Notes under the pieces: generated by a model | Told to the model about the DNA's origin: nothing | Databases searched by the model: none | The model's input: the letters and a program-made list of their open reading frames with translations, nothing else | Assembly (NCBI GenBank): GCA_047495785.1 | Contig: JBLDXI010000032.1 | Coordinates: forward strand, 248,001-312,000 | Direction: 5' to 3' | DNA from: Lepidodermella squamata | Lineage: Eukaryota > Animalia > Gastrotricha | Length of the DNA stretch: 64,000 bases | Shown: piece after piece, positions 34,470-48,563 of the stretch | Layout of the letters: each line of letters starts with the position of its first letter | Position numbering within the stretch: the first letter of the stretch is position 1 | Position numbers and translations under genes: made by a program

Positions 34470-37400
34470 TTATGCACTCAAAGTAGCAATAACGCGTTCC
34501 AGTAGGCTTTTGTCATATTTTGATTCAGTTTTTTCAACAATTTCTTTCGCTGCGATCAGGGTTCCACACGCCAGTTCCTCGCCGATGGAGTGGCAAGCGT
34601 CTGCAAATTCCCCGCCCTTTTCAATTAGAGCGCCGAGCAAAATTAGGCAATTTTCGACATTTTCGGTCTTCTCGCCATCATTTTCCAGCGATTTTTGAAT
34701 TAGACGGCAGAGTATTTCAATGAGTTTTTCGCCACCAGATGTCGCCAGCAAATTTAAGGTGGATTTTTCTTCATTTTCATAACTCAGTAGAACTCGAATA
34801 ATCTTGATAGCATTGTGCTTTTCTTCATTTTTATCAGCGTACAAAAGTTTATTCAGCTCTTTAATCAGCGAATTGAAATGAGGCGATTCCTTGATTTTTT
34901 TCACTCTGGTCATCGAAGGCTTTCGAATCAGCATAGCAATGCAAGAAATTGCGGCTGAGACAGCGTCCGAATCTTCAGCATTCACAATCATGGCTTCAAT
35001 ATCGGTTAAAATCGTCGGTCGTATATTTTCAAGCTCATCAGCAAAATCGGGAGCGACTTTGAAAAATCGTTGTAAAATTTGCAGGAAAAACTTCTGAGCG
35101 ATCTTGATGAAAGATTCGTGTTTACGGCTAGTTTTCTCGGCCAGTGAAAATAAAATGACAAAATTTTCGAGAAAACGACTTTTGACAATAACGTCTTCGG
35201 TGAAAATCGGAGATTCAAGGTGTTGACTCAGGTTTCGCGTGATCAGAAGGGTTTCTTCCAGGTGATCACGATGGTGAACTTTCGTCATGTATCGGGCGAG
35301 ATCAGTGCCGATTGAGTACTGGATTCGGGTCGCCAGATGGAACCAGACGCCAGGTCGGCGAGCGAGGGCTTGAGCAATTTTAGGGCGCTGGGAAATTTTC
35401 AGCCAGAAAGGTAGGAACGATGCGAATGGAATTTTCTCGTAACGGCATTGCTGTGGTCTAAAAATTGTTTAAAAAAATCGAAATTATAATACGATTTTAA
35501 CCCGAATATGCTTTTCGATAACTTTGCAGTATGTCCAAGGAGTATAGAATATATAGATCGAGGCTAATCCCAGCTATATATATTTTGTGCTCGCAAGCAG
35601 CTTGGGAGCATCCATAAATGACGTCCGACGGGGGGAGGGGCTTGCATGACTACTTTGCATGAGTAGTTGCAAAATTTTCAGCGCAAGGCTGTAATATTTT
35701 TTCTATAGTTGCCCAAATGCAGCCGCTCCAGCCGAAACAACTTATTATCATGACATGGTTGCGTATTGCTTATCGATTCCCGGCGTCTTCATTATCACCA
35801 AATCAACGGTGTTGAACTACGTCTCGTTCATAAATTCTGCATTTATGGATGGGTTTCCCGGGAAGAATGAGCGGGTGATTGCTCGAGTCGGCAATGATAT
35901 AGCATGTGAAATAAAACGGGAAGGGGCAAAAATGATGTGCGAACGGGATCGAGCGCGACGCAAATACGACATCGACTCAACAACGACCCGAATTGAGGCG
36001 GATTCCGGCTCGTCAATTGAAATCCCGATTATTCATTTTACGTGATTATTCATTATCTATTCGGTATTCAATGCTGCCACGCACCATGAAATAAAATGAA
36101 ACGCACCATTTCTCAGAAGTTGCAATTCAACTTTTCCATTTCAAAAATTGGGCGTTTTTTCAGGATTCAGAAAGACAGATTTTCGATCCGAGATATGTAA
36201 CTTTAGATTCCCATGTGGATCCAAAATGAAGACGATTTTGGAGATCTCTTCCCATTTTAGGTGTTGTAGCGGATGGAATCGGAAAATCTGTTATTCAATT
36301 TTATTGAAATTATAGCTTCACACATACTTGGTTTCGATAGCTTTACTTGTTGCATTATTGGATTATCATAGGTTATTATATGTGAAGGTCGAACGCCATG
36401 CGTTCAAGTAGCGTGCCTGCCTAGCACGCCGCCTTCCTAACTTATAAACCTCTCAATCTTCTACCCCTCTAACACAATTCAAGATTGCGAAATAACGTTG
36501 TATATTTCAACTATAGATTGCTAACTGATTACTTCTGTTTACCCGATGGTAAGCAAAGATTCCGTGGGCGGATATATTATGATACTATACCAGCGTAACT
36601 CATTCAACTGTCGATTACCAAATCAAATGACAGTTGATTCCAAAAAGTCTTTGTTTTTTACAGAACAAGAGGCTTCGACCATTGATGCATAGATTTCAGA
36701 TAACCAGGAACGCCGACACGGTATCTGAGGCCGGCCAATCAACCAATCACGCCACGTCCTCCACCCCGCCTTATCGAACTCACCCAAGGCTATCACGCTG
36801 TTGACATGACGGTAGCTCTTATATGGAACGTCGTACAACACAACCTCTCCGTTGAGACCAAAGAGCAAACGGACATTCTGCTGAACTTGACTAACCTTCG
36901 CAAAAACCGCTCGTCGGAGCCCGGCAGTTAACTGAGCGAATCGGCGCTACGAGCGGCGCTTTCTTTGCGTGCTAACGAATACGACGCCCACGGCGGCAGG
37001 ACAACCACGACAACAACAGGACGCCGTTATGGCTGTCAATTATTATTGGTATTGCCGGTTTATATTTTTATTGGCAACTTTTGCTCACTTGTTTTAAAGA
37101 TGCCGGAAATGATCTGAAGTGATTGAATGTGGTTTTGAAGGCGAATAAGTAAAATGAAGCAGGATTTACTTTTATTAGTCATTACTTCAGCGAGAACACA
37201 GTTCGGGATAATACGTCTTGAAATGTAAGATTTGTTTAAAAAGCTGACAACATTCAAGGCTCCCGGTCATGATGAAATACCGAACATTGTGATTTAAAAT
37301 GGTGGTCCAAGCCTAGCCTCTCACCTAGATGCTTGCAAGAATTAATTAGCAACAATTTCTAGCCAACTTTGGAATTTTGCCAATTTATGGCGTGAAAACC

Positions 37401-40400
37401 GAATCGATTGACCGCTATACACGGTTGTCTCCAACGAGACAAGGTAAACGCTTCAAGTTGAACAAAAAGACATTTTCATCGACGTTATATCTAACAAAAA
37501 TGCTTCCTCTTCAACGCCTTTTCAAGAGATTGAATTCTGGACTGGTAATGGCTTGTTCACGCGCTGCATTTGCGCAGCAAATACCGATGCTGTCAGCCTT
37601 GACACCGGGAAAAACCTACGAAGTTGCCTTTTCCGCGCGACTAATGTAAGACATTTGATCAAGACCAAGGACCATACAGCTCACCTACGAGACTACAAAC
37701 AGGCATGTTCCCCACAGGAAGACCTGGAGATGTGGTTCACCATCGCCACTCGCTGAGAAATTGTCCCGGAACCAGTGCGTCCCACGCTACGTCCAGCCAA
37801 CTTCTAAGAGAAGTGCCGATCATTTGGGACGTGACGGCAGCGGAGCGTTGGGCGGAATTGATAAACAACACATCAGCACCGCTAGGGTTCTATTGTCTAG
37901 TGGTATTGGTGGACCAAAACGAAATACTACATAAAATATCAGCTCATCTCAAAGACTGTGTAATAGATCGTTTAGCCATTTCATTTCGTTACACCTCTCT
38001 CACTTCATCTGCGCTGTTATTTCATCATCCGTGTCTCATTATCAAAAAGGAGGGATGTGGCCGGTTAGTGAATTAATCAAATTTTATCAGATTTTTCTAC
38101 TTTTCTTTGCAAAGTAAAAGTAATGAGAAAAGCAACTTACTCAGAACGGCTCAGGAGATAGACTGTGCTGATAGTCGCGAAGAGCGAAAACACATAGTCG
38201 AACCGCTCAGATGGCAGCTGTTGATCGAGCCGATCGATAAACCACGGATCGCACATAACACCGGTGAACGCATCGACGAACATATTTGTATCAGGCGACT
38301 CAAGCGGGTCGCAAATCGCCGGGTAAACTGACATGAGGTGGACGTAAAATGCGAAATCGCCAAACGGCGACGAGTTTTTGAACACCTTCGCCCGCATTGC
38401 CGGGTTCTTCGCCAGCATACACAGCATGTAAACCCCGGCGGCGAAGTAACTGCTGAATGTATAACCCGGCCCCAGGGTTGTCGTCACCTTTTTTAAGGCG
38501 GACTCTTTCAAAACTGCTCGAAACGCATTTGCAAGAAATGGTAGGAAAGGCGGCTGTTCGACGAGTTTTTCAGCCCCCTTAAAGTGCCGTTGCTCACACA
38601 TGAGCTGTAACTGAACCATATAGCTGCCCATCAGACGAAATTCGCCGGCCGATAATTCGTTGAATTTTTTGACAGGGTCCTTGATAAACGGGGCGATGAA
38701 CACATTTTCGGTCATGCATTTCAGCAGTGGGGGTAGGGTATGCTCGTAGATCTTAGCGATATCATCAAATGACTCCAAAAGATGGAAAAGCAGATACGAA
38801 TGAATGTTCGGGTTCGGGTCTGAATCAGGCGATAACAGGCGTGAAATCGTCAACTCAACCTCGGCCTTATCGATAACACGTCGCTTTGATGCCGGAATTT
38901 CGCGAATCAATTTCTCGCATTCAGCAGCGAATGGGCCCCACTCGCGCGGGTCCATCTTCTCCAGGCTATCCTGCATATATTTTCGAGCCGCGTCAGCAAA
39001 TCCCAAGTGGCAATAAGCTTTGATGGCCAGCAAATGAGTTTTGCCGTAACTAGGCGCGACGTCGTTGCCAATGCTGCACATGGTGATGGCTTCCTCGAAA
39101 CGGTTAAGGTGGATGAGGCAGATGGCGGCGTTAGTGAACGAGCGGACCTCCATCGGGTTGACAACCATGGCTTCGTTGTAGATTTTCAGCGCTTCTTCGA
39201 ACTTGCCCTGCTTGTAGACAGCATTGCCGCGCTCTCGAATCTTATCGGCAGCATCGAAGCGTGACATGACATCTCGGCCACACATTTCGTCACCTAAGAA
39301 AGAAAATGACAGTTAATACGAATGCACCCAACGCAAAAATTTCAACTCGCTAATATAATATTTCTGTAATTTAGCCATATGGCGGAAAAACGATAAATTA
39401 CACCCGCTATAAATTACACAATGCAAGTGCTTCTCCACTTTTTCATAATTCTGGTAAGTCATTGCAATACACTAGCATTGACTTCAGTGTTACAATCAAT
39501 TCCAACAATCAAATGCGCACAAATTTATAAGTCGCAGGACGTTATCAACAAATTTTGCTCATCGGACACGGCGAATCAGCCGAATATCACCGTGTGTAAA
39601 TTGGGACCTCATCAAAAAGCTGATAAAGGTCAATAGCATAAACATAATTCTGCGATTACACCCTCGAATGCATCATGTTGGCTTTCCACGCGCCCTGTCT
39701 CAAAAACACGAATAAATTGCTGCCTAGGTCCCCGCGATCCCATCGCTGCAAGCCCTCGACGCTAATCGTGGCGCTACAGAATTGCTAAATTTGTGATCAG
39801 GATAAAAATACCATCAAAATGTTTTCGGCCGAAAACCTCATGGCGATGATTCTGAATGTTCCGAACAGCCCTATTTTCGCTCGCATGCGGTTCCAAACCC
39901 ACCCTACAGGCCAAGTTCTTTCAGGGTGACATGGAGGATTCGATCCAAAAGCTTGCCTCTTGGGCATGTGGCCCTGATTCTGGAACTTATTTACCGGCCG
40001 AATTCAATCACTATCACAATTGACGTCGCACCAACGGATCTTTCCTCTGTGATACTTTACACAACGAGCAAACGGACATTCTGCTCAACTCGACTAACCT
40101 TCGCAAAAACCGCTCGTCTGAGCTGTTTGTCGCCGGTGTAACAATTCTTGCTCTGCAACATGTCATTATCGATGTTTCGGTTACCAGAACCATTACTGCA
40201 CGCTGTTCCACGCTGACTACGGCGATCTGGCTGCCCGTCTCGCCTTGGGTGGATCACCTTCGCAAAATCATGAGGCAAATTTGATATGGCAAGGATGTTT
40301 CGTTTGAATGACGAATTTCACTGACAATTCTTGATTCTGATCAAAGATTAATGGTGGCTTTACTGAAGGCGTTTATCACGACAATGCCTTGGTCAACCTC

Positions 40401-43400
40401 GATCGCAGGCCATTCTGAATTCCGGACGGGTGAATGGCTTGTCCGCGTGGTGGCTTTCGGTTAGCGAATTCCCACCGACCAAGTCACCGACGCTACGGCT
40501 GCTGATAAGTAGCTTAGTGTCCAAAACTTCTCGAAAGAATATGTGAAGTGGCTGAAATGGGGAATAGTCAATGTTGCCTCATTTACCGACCCCAAACATG
40601 TCTGGTATAAGGTATTTAAACAATCCACTGGTGTTTGCCAATTTTTCGCATGTGTTTTCTTTACGTTGTCAACGTTGTCGATAAAACTTGTCAATGATAA
40701 CGCAGCGGTAATGGCGTTGTCTGCAAGCATGTGCGCCACCTTGAAAAGGTAGGTGGGCAGAATGTTGCGGAGAAGCAGCAACAACTCGCTGCACGTATCA
40801 TCGTTGAAAACCTAGCCGTGCTGTCATCCACTGTTGAGCGACGGGTGCTCCAGGTCACTTCGCCTGTCTCTAATACGATAGGAAACGTTGATCTAGCAAC
40901 ATTCCGCTGCTCTTGTTTTGCTGCAAGCTACAAGCTACTAGCTACAAGCGTCACGAATGCGTTTGCGTCTCCGTCGCCCGGCTGTTATAACCTGAAACCG
41001 CCCCCCCCCAGAGAGACATGTCGATTTCGTGTCAAATCGTGCGCCATGCCATGACAGCGTTATCAAACAGCTCAAACAGTTTCAATATTTACAGCTAAAG
41101 AATTCGGGGGAGACAAAAATTGGGTCGGTGACGAGGCCGTCTGGATTTTCGCCACAAGGCGATTTGTATCCTGCAACCTGACGGCTGGTGGGAGTGCCCG
41201 GGGGATACGAAATGCCGCAAAATCGGATTTATTGCCCTACACGCAGGCGCTGACCACTACTATTACGACTTGACCGAAGGCAAATTGGATGTTGAAGTCA
41301 TGAAGCGAAAGTTAAAGTCTCGCTACGACGAGTACTGCTAGTATTAGCCCACGCAGTTTCCATCGAGTTTATGACATTATTATACATTACAAATAGCTTG
41401 AAACATTTCTCTGTTGTTAAATAAATAAAATGACGTGTTTTTGTAAACATTTTACATCTTCCGACTTTTTGCCAAAAATTGGCCTTAATTATCGGAAGCA
41501 AATACCGATGCTGGCAGCTTTGACACCGGGAAAAACATACGAAGTTCGCCTTTTCCGCACGATTAATACTTATAAGACATTTAATCAAGACTAAGGATCA
41601 TATAGCCTACCCACCAGTAGACATGTCCCCTGCAGGAAGACCTGGAGATGTGGTTCACCAGCGCCAATCGCTGGGAAATCGTCCCTGAAACGATACGTCC
41701 TCGCCCTACGCTCACTAATCTACTGCCAATCAGTTGGGATCAACACAACAACACCGCGGCTTCCCCGCAACGAACTCCGCCAACCGTAAGGCAACAAGAC
41801 ACGATCAGCCTTCCACTAGCCAAATGGAGGTTTTACGCTAGGAATTGAGTTCGATTTCAATCAAATCGCCACCTCGATCGAAATATAGTGTGGCTTTTAG
41901 CGAAAGCTTTTGCACCTACATTTTCTACTTTCTTCACCAGTTGAATAATCTAGATCGGTCCCCATCATTTGTTATAGTTTCAGTACAGCGAAGTTGAAGT
42001 CGAAGATTTAATCAGCGCTAAATAGTCTAAATTTCTAAAAATTCGCGATAATGCAGGAGTCATTCGAGGTTGGCCCGGGCATATTCGTTCACACAAAGCT
42101 GCCATCGCCGTCGCCATCCGAGAGTAGGCTACCCGAGGTCGACGCGAATTAATACTACCGATGTTATCGCACCCTGAAATGGGACCATACCTGCTTGGGA
42201 TGCGAGCTGAGCATCTCAATCGAAGGCGAGCACGGCCGATCTGTCACGCATTCGGCTCAAAAACTCAAGCATTAGGCGGCGCCGATCCACTTGATGCGTC
42301 ATTTTCTTTTCTCTCTTTTCCTTGCAAAATATTAAATAAGCGAATAATTTTCATTTAGCGTAGAAAATAGTTTCTAGAAATTGAAAGCAATCAGGAGAGC
42401 ATTCACAGGAGTATTCACCGTCTCTACACTGGATTGTGTGTCGTCTATGACAAGATTCTGTATAATTTGTAGCCTGTATGGAAAAACTAGAACAAACTAA
42501 CCTAAGTTTGCCTACCTAGACACCATGCACACTCTTATCTTTTTCAACTTTCAACTAACGAAAAAGTAAATTACTGTCGAAAAAGGATTACTCATTTCCA
42601 AAAATGATCGGTAAGCATCGAGTGCACAGAATACAGAAGCAGCCTAAAGAAACGCTGCATACATCAATTGAGTGTGAAAAATATCAACAGCGATTAGCAA
42701 AATAATCGGCAATTTTTTGAGCACCAATTATTCGCATTAAAAACAAAGTTCGCTCAATGATCGAGGCGATCTTCACACGTATGGGACGAGAAAACTGAGA
42801 AACCTGAGAGTAAACAAAGCGTTTCCCAGCAATGACGGAGCAGTGTAACAAAGGGCCGCTCAAATTTTCTTAAAGATCCAAATATCGCATGGGGGAAGAA
42901 GCAATTATTTTCACCGCAAGAATGATCCTTCAATTGTTGGCTATCTTTACAGGGTTCTTAGGCCTAAATGATGGCGAGATGCTATTTCGCGGTACTTGCT
43001 CGCGATTTTTGCAGCATCAAGAGGTGCCTATCGTCGTCGATCTCAACGACTTAGCGTTCAATCTACAGATCATCAGGCCGATAATCAACACACGAACTGT
43101 TGAAACCTGCGCCGGGCGGTGTCTCGCGTTATTCGGCGATCCGAGTTGCCGCACAGCGGTCTACCAAATTTCAACTGGGACTTGCATCCTACTGCGCGCG
43201 ACAAAGAAAACCGCTCTCGAATTCGACGCTTTCAGCTCAAATTCGACAACAGTTATCAGTGGGATTTTGATATCGCCCCAGACTCTTGTTGACGGTATCA
43301 ACGATCGGAGGGGTAATGTGGACGATTGCGACTCTTTCTGCCCGGCCCCTGGTGTCATATCGGCTGATTCAATCACCCCCGTTTGCATAAAGGACTGTCC

Positions 43401-45910
43401 TACTTCGCAATCTATGTGTGCAGGTAAATTTTATGCCAATAATCCCATGCTTTGAGATTCAAGGGTATTTAAAGTTTTTGAATTTGTCGATCAAAAATAT
43501 ACAGTGCCGAAATTGAGCCCAAGAGCTTGGAAACTAGGAAAAAATGAAAAATCGAAATTATTGTAGAATATTGAAATCAAGAGCTCGAAATTCAACCAAT
43601 CTAATGGAATCGGAACGCGATATTTCGGTAAAATGGGGAAGCTAAAATATTTTTGATTATTATTCGAGGCGAAGAATCCGGTTGTTTTGACTATCCAAGG
43701 CGAGTGCTACCAGCATTCTACCAAGCCGGAGGCTTCAGCTATCCTTCGGCTGTCGTGGCTGCATTTCAAGTAGGTTTTTTTAAATTATCAGGCGCTATAA
43801 ATTTTTCAACTTTAATGACAGTCGTTCTCGTTCACAAAACGGCACGACTTCACGCACATAAAAGTGACCATGGACTTTTCGTTTGTCATGAAAGACGCAG
43901 CATCTAACATCAATTCGGAGGATAGGTTCATTTTTTTCGTTCGCATAAATGGATATGATTGCGCAGGTGAGCAAGGAATTCGTCATATCATGTAAGTAAA
44001 TACTTAATAAAGATGCAATCCGAAGTTCAAATTTTCATTCAGGGGTCGAGATGTAAGGCATGGATTCGCAACATCCTACATAAACGAAAACTATCATGGT
44101 AAATTTATTAGCTGAATTGTCGCCACCCTAAAAATGTGATTTTGCTGCAGATGAGCACACATGCACATCTATGGAGTTTCCAAGCGGTACGGTTAATATC
44201 GAAATTGTCCTAGCAACGACTCTGTATTGGACCCGTACAATACTCATCAACGACTTCACTTCAGTCGGGGCTCCTTGGAACGTAATTTCTTACCAATTCG
44301 AAGAATTTGTTTCGGCTGACTACCTTATGAAATTAGGTAAAAAAATACACTAACAAAATATTTAGTAATGAATCAATTTTTAAAACAGACGATTCAGTTC
44401 GATGCCAAGCTCTGACCGTTTATAACACTGTTTCAACACAATCTAACACAATTTCGGAGTTGGCCTATGGAATGACACGCTTTGCAAGTTTTTCCCAGTT
44501 CAATTGCCGGAAATAAATAATTGTTTAACGTTTTTCAAGAAAACAACGCGCTACAAAAAGAGGAGTGATACATCAACACTGCGAATCTACTGGTCCGGCA
44601 TGGTTTATTATGATTTCAACGACCATTGTCTGCGATTCTACTTTACGATCAACGATCAAATATGCCGCGATCCGGCCCCCATTGAAGCCAGTTTTCATGT
44701 GGCTTATTACTACACTGGTAACGATCGCCCAGATCCCGGAGCGAGATCGGTTCCAGGTGAAATCTTCAACATTAAATCTTTCAAATTCGAAATAATTAAA
44801 ATTTTAACTGAACAAGAATTTTGGAAAATTCCAAAAATATTATTCAAAAAAGGAAAATTAAAATGTCCTAATTCAAAATTTATAAAAATGATTTTTTTAT
44901 ACAGTCGATGGCATTTGTAGAAATATACCAGCTGGTAAATACGACATCGTGCTGTGGTTCGATTGCCAATGTGGGGGTGGCATTGGCTGCCCGAATAATA
45001 TGGCATCTTGGAAATACGACATTGGCCGCTTGAAAGAGGCCCACATGATTGTTGAAGAAATTCACGAAAGCTTACCTATAAGTTCGCTACTTATGCCCGA
45101 CGGCCAGTTGGTCCGCTTGCCGAATTATAACAGGCAATACGCTGTTTTCACGAGTGGTTGCATGTCAGCCGGCACGACATGCTTTAAAGCTATTCACGTA
45201 TAACCCCCAAAAATTAACTGAAATTTGATAAATTAGTTCGATAATTTAGACTATGACCTACAACAAACTTCAAACTGCTTCAAGTTTACACGTTAAATGG
45301 TACGGAACTACGAATTTCAAAAATCTGAACGTTGGCGCTCAGGCTGAATGTGAAAGATGGTAATTGAATTAAAAAATAAATTTCGAAAAAATAATATTTA
45401 TTTCTTCTTGAAGGTTTATTACGTTCAACGGAGTTGAGTGTGCGAGCAATCGAATTCAAGCTATGGTTTTGCAGTGGCGAACTTCGGCCGGTTACTGGTA
45501 TGATATCCCTCGAGTGGTCGAAGGCACATGTACTACTCAATTTGCGGCCGGCCCGATAACGGTCGCCTTAAATCTCGGAATGTGCCCGGGTACAAACATG
45601 GTCAACATCGCAACTACAGGCGCTGGTGTTGGCTCGACCTCATATTTAATGGTCGAGGAGCAATATACCGGCAATATATAAAAACTGACCCCAAACCCCA
45701 AAAACTTGAAAAATTGATTTGACGAATAAAACGAAATTGCATACCCATTTTGACGTGAATCATGGAGATATCTTCGACCTCGGGATTGTTGAACTTGGTG
45801 CATAGCAACCGGAAATTTTCGTGAGTATCAACCGGGTTGGGACATTCAGCTCCATTTTCCCACGCCTCGAAATCAAGCCCAGTACCAAAAAGTGCGTTAA
45901 AATAACGCAT
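34470..45910 (-). CDS. TPR + helical/ARM-like protein, paralog C (768 aa; exons 45910-45745, 39293-38141, 35457-34470)
   Basis: Exon 1 MRYFNALFGTGLDFEAW.. is 166 nt, phase 1, like paralogs D and F, with a GTATGC donor; exon 2 carries the TPRs; GTAAGT phase-2 donor at 38140 joins the TTTTTAG acceptor at 35458 (PFASFLPFW, RRPGVW, HLEETL). Total 2307 nt in frame. Confidence 0.83.
37170..37330 (+). mobile_element. Non-LTR retrotransposon (LINE) RT N-terminal fragment
   Basis: KAPGHDEIPNIVI*NGGPSLASHL matches the KAPG.D.I motif preceding LINE RT. Confidence 0.65.
37579..37760. repeat. Dispersed repeat, second copy ~41499-41680 (another shared piece at 36863-36915 / 40066-40118)
   Basis: CAAATACCGATGCTG.CAGC.TTGACACCGGGAAAAAC.TACGAAGTT..CAGGAAGACCTGGAGATGTGGTTCACCA and GAGCAAACGGACATTCTGCT.AACT.GACTAACCTTCGCAAAAACCGCTCGTC each occur twice. 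Confidence 0.85.
40731..41054 (+). mobile_element. Possible SWIM zinc-finger fragment of a MULE-like transposase
   Basis: VLQVTS....GNVDLATFRCSC resembles the V.L....CSC start of SWIM; the CxH half is not seen in frame. Confidence 0.35.
42922..45681 (+). CDS. Secreted PAN/Apple + three CTHRC1 C-terminal-like domains, multi-exon, nested antisense in intron 1 of paralog C
   Basis: Signal MILQLLAIFTGFLGLNDG; PAN TVETCAGRCL...CRTAVY....TCILL; three units FTKRHDFTHIKVT..RINGYDC..EHTC..GTVNI..QFEE, YKKRSDTSTLRIYW..FTINDQIC..PIEA..DGIC..AGKYDI..IVEE and YNKLQTASSLHVKW..ITFNGVEC..EGTC..AGPITV..MVEE; AATAAA at 45725. Confidence 0.82.
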
Positions 45911-46041
45911 TTCACTAAAAATTCTAAAAAATTAAAATATTGAGCGATTAATATTGATTATTAGGTATCAAGCAAGATATTACATGAAAACGTCAACCAA
46001 CAATTAATCATATACGAAACATTGATAAGAAATAGCACTTG

Positions 46042-48442
46042 TTAAGCTTTCAGAACTTTGATAAGGTTGTTCAAATTGCGATTCTCCTCAGTGCGATAAG
46101 CCGACATGCCTTGAGACGTAGCCAAAACTTCTTTCTTGAAATCACGCTCCATATTACGACACGCATCGCTGAAAACTTCCGGAAATTTGGCGACCAGGTC
46201 AGCTAAAGCCCGGGTCGGAATATGATAGCAAAGCCCCTTGTCGTGATCTTCTTTCGCATGGGCCTTTTTAATAAATCGACCAATTGCGTTGACAAGATCC
46301 GAAATTCCAAGCGATTTCAGGGCTGGAATTAGCGGACTTGTTCGATTTTTACCGCATTTCAGCTCGGAAAGAGTATAAATAATGCAAATTGAATCAATTT
46401 GGCAGCTCGACAAATTTTCACTCTCGCCGAAATCTGACTCGTCAAACAGCGATGTCGTAGCAACTTTCAAGTAATCCGCCAGTTTCGGATCATTCAGCAA
46501 TTTTTCGTTCTTCTCCTCCCACCGATAGCGAAGAAGATTCGATAGGCATGCCAAAATTGCTTCATGCGTTTCAATGTCTTCCTTAGGCAATGGTAGCATT
46601 TGGCACAGTTTTTGCAGCATCGGATCAGCGTCATCGCACATGAAAAGGCTGCCGAAATCCGACGATCGGAGGAATAGCTTTGCCAGAATTTGAAAAAGCA
46701 ACCGCCACATTTTTTTCTCGAACGGTTTCGAGCCGAAATCATTTTCAACGAACAGCAAATTTCCGGCGTAGACAGCTAGATTTTCGCGGGTTTCAAAATT
46801 TTCGAAGAAAAAATGCTCCTCTTGATCTTCGCTAGGTTCAACATCGACGATTCGCTTCAAAACGGTCAAAACTTGAAGGAACAAGTCGCGCTGGGTGTCC
46901 GGCGAGTTCGAAAACAAATATCGAGCCGCGTTTTTGAACATTATTCCGAAATGATGCCAAACGCCCGGTCGATTAGCCATTATAGCAATCAATTTCGGCC
47001 TGGCTGAAGCGGCGAGCCAAAATGGCATGAAAGACGGGAAGGGAGGTTTTTGAATATCAGCCATCGTTTTGCGGCACAGTGAAAAAATTGTAGAAACATT
47101 GGCGAGGAGAGATAGTGAAAAATGAGCCATAGGTCGGTGACCTTTTTCAATTTTCGCCAAAAACCAGTCTTCGCAAAATAGTAGGGTGAACGATTGTGCA
47201 ACAAGTATCGCGTATTGAGATTCAAAGGGTGGAAATACTGCCAAGTGCATAGCTAACAAATGGCAATAGAACGTGAAATCGTTGAAAGGCGCAATTTCCT
47301 TCATGAACTTGTTTCGAATAGACGGGATTTTGATCAAGCCGGTAAGAATTTTCTCGAAATTCCCGAAAAAACTCCTGGAAACGTAAAGCTCCCCCAATCG
47401 CTCGGCATAGTCACCCATAACCGATCGGTTCGTGCAAATCATGCCCAAATTGATGAGAAAATCGGTGAAAATCGGCTCGTCGATAAAAGCCTGAGCCTTA
47501 TCGGGATGGTCGGTGATATACGCTCCAACATGACACGTGAAAGTCGCGACGAAAAGCCCTTCATCCGGCGTCATCTTCTTAATCGAACTGAGCGGATCGG
47601 CGATGAACTGACGAATATACGGCGTGTGCTTCATGATTTTCAAGAAATATGTCACATAATTGCGAATTCCATCTGGAACATGGTCATCAATCAATGTCGT
47701 GTGTATTTGCAGGTCGAAATGATACTTAGCAGGCGGCAATGTCCCGGCATCATCCAGCAGTTCCTCCTCAATAGCTTGAATGAGCTGAGCTCCAAACCGC
47801 TTGCTTTCATCTTTGACAGCATTCTTCAACAATTCGCTGGCTTCCTTCACAAATTCAGCCCTCTTTTCGATGGGCACCGTTTCCATAAGAGCAGCCATGT
47901 AAACTTTAGCGTAATCAGAATAGCCGAGATTGCAAGCGGCTCGAACGAAAAGCAAGTGCATTTTGATATTATCGCCATGAGATTCGCTCACAGCTTCTAG
48001 CAGAGCCATGGTTTCATAGTAACGCTCCAAGGCGTTGAGACAAATTGCAGCATTAGTGAAATGGCGGCTATCCCTTGGATCGAGCTTGATTGCTTTGTTA
48101 TAACATTCCAGGGCTTCTTCGATTTTTCCGGCTTTGAACAAAGCATTTCCATCCTCGCGATAACGATTCGCTTCCATTTTCTTCTGCGCTGAAGATACAC
48201 CGCCTCCAAGATCGTCCCCTGAAATAAACATTTTGACCATGAAAAATGCCACCTTAAAATTTGCAATTGAACTCACTCAGTTTTTCGCATAAATTAATCA
48301 TTGATTGAGGCAATTCTTTCGGCGAGATTTTCTTCAGAATATTCAATGGCTCCTTATTATCGAGCAAGGTTGGCTGAACTCGGCCTGAGATGAGTCCTTC
48401 ATAATCGAAAGGGTTACCGAACAACTTCGCAAAATTATCCAT
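46042..48442 (-). CDS. TPR + helical/ARM-like protein, paralog D (780 aa; exons 48442-48277, 48218-46042)
   Basis: MDNFAKLFGNPFDYEG exon 1 (166 nt, GTGAGT donor), TTTCAG acceptor; REDGNALFK TPRs; PFNDFTFY.HL, CEDWF, PF.SF.PFW, RPGVW. Confidence 0.9.
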
Positions 48443-48563
48443 TTTCCGGATAAAAAACCTAGTATGGAAAATTAACGTGAATATTACAAATCGAGTTTTT
48501 AGATTCAAATTTCAAATTTGACCATGATCACAAAAGAAAAATGTTCTTTGAGCAAAGTTAATC

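Noticed and set aside
39328-39378. Nearby ATG exon for paralog C
   Set aside because: It ends in phase 0 whereas the acceptor needs phase 1, and it has no family similarity.
41980-42063. MTPALSRIFRNLDYLALIK as exon 1 of paralog C
   Set aside because: It hits a stop with no suitable donor; 45910-45745 matches the family in motif, length and phase.
47260-48000. 246-aa plus-strand ORF (and other antisense ORFs over coding exons)
   Set aside because: Shadow frames opposite real CDSs, with no motifs.
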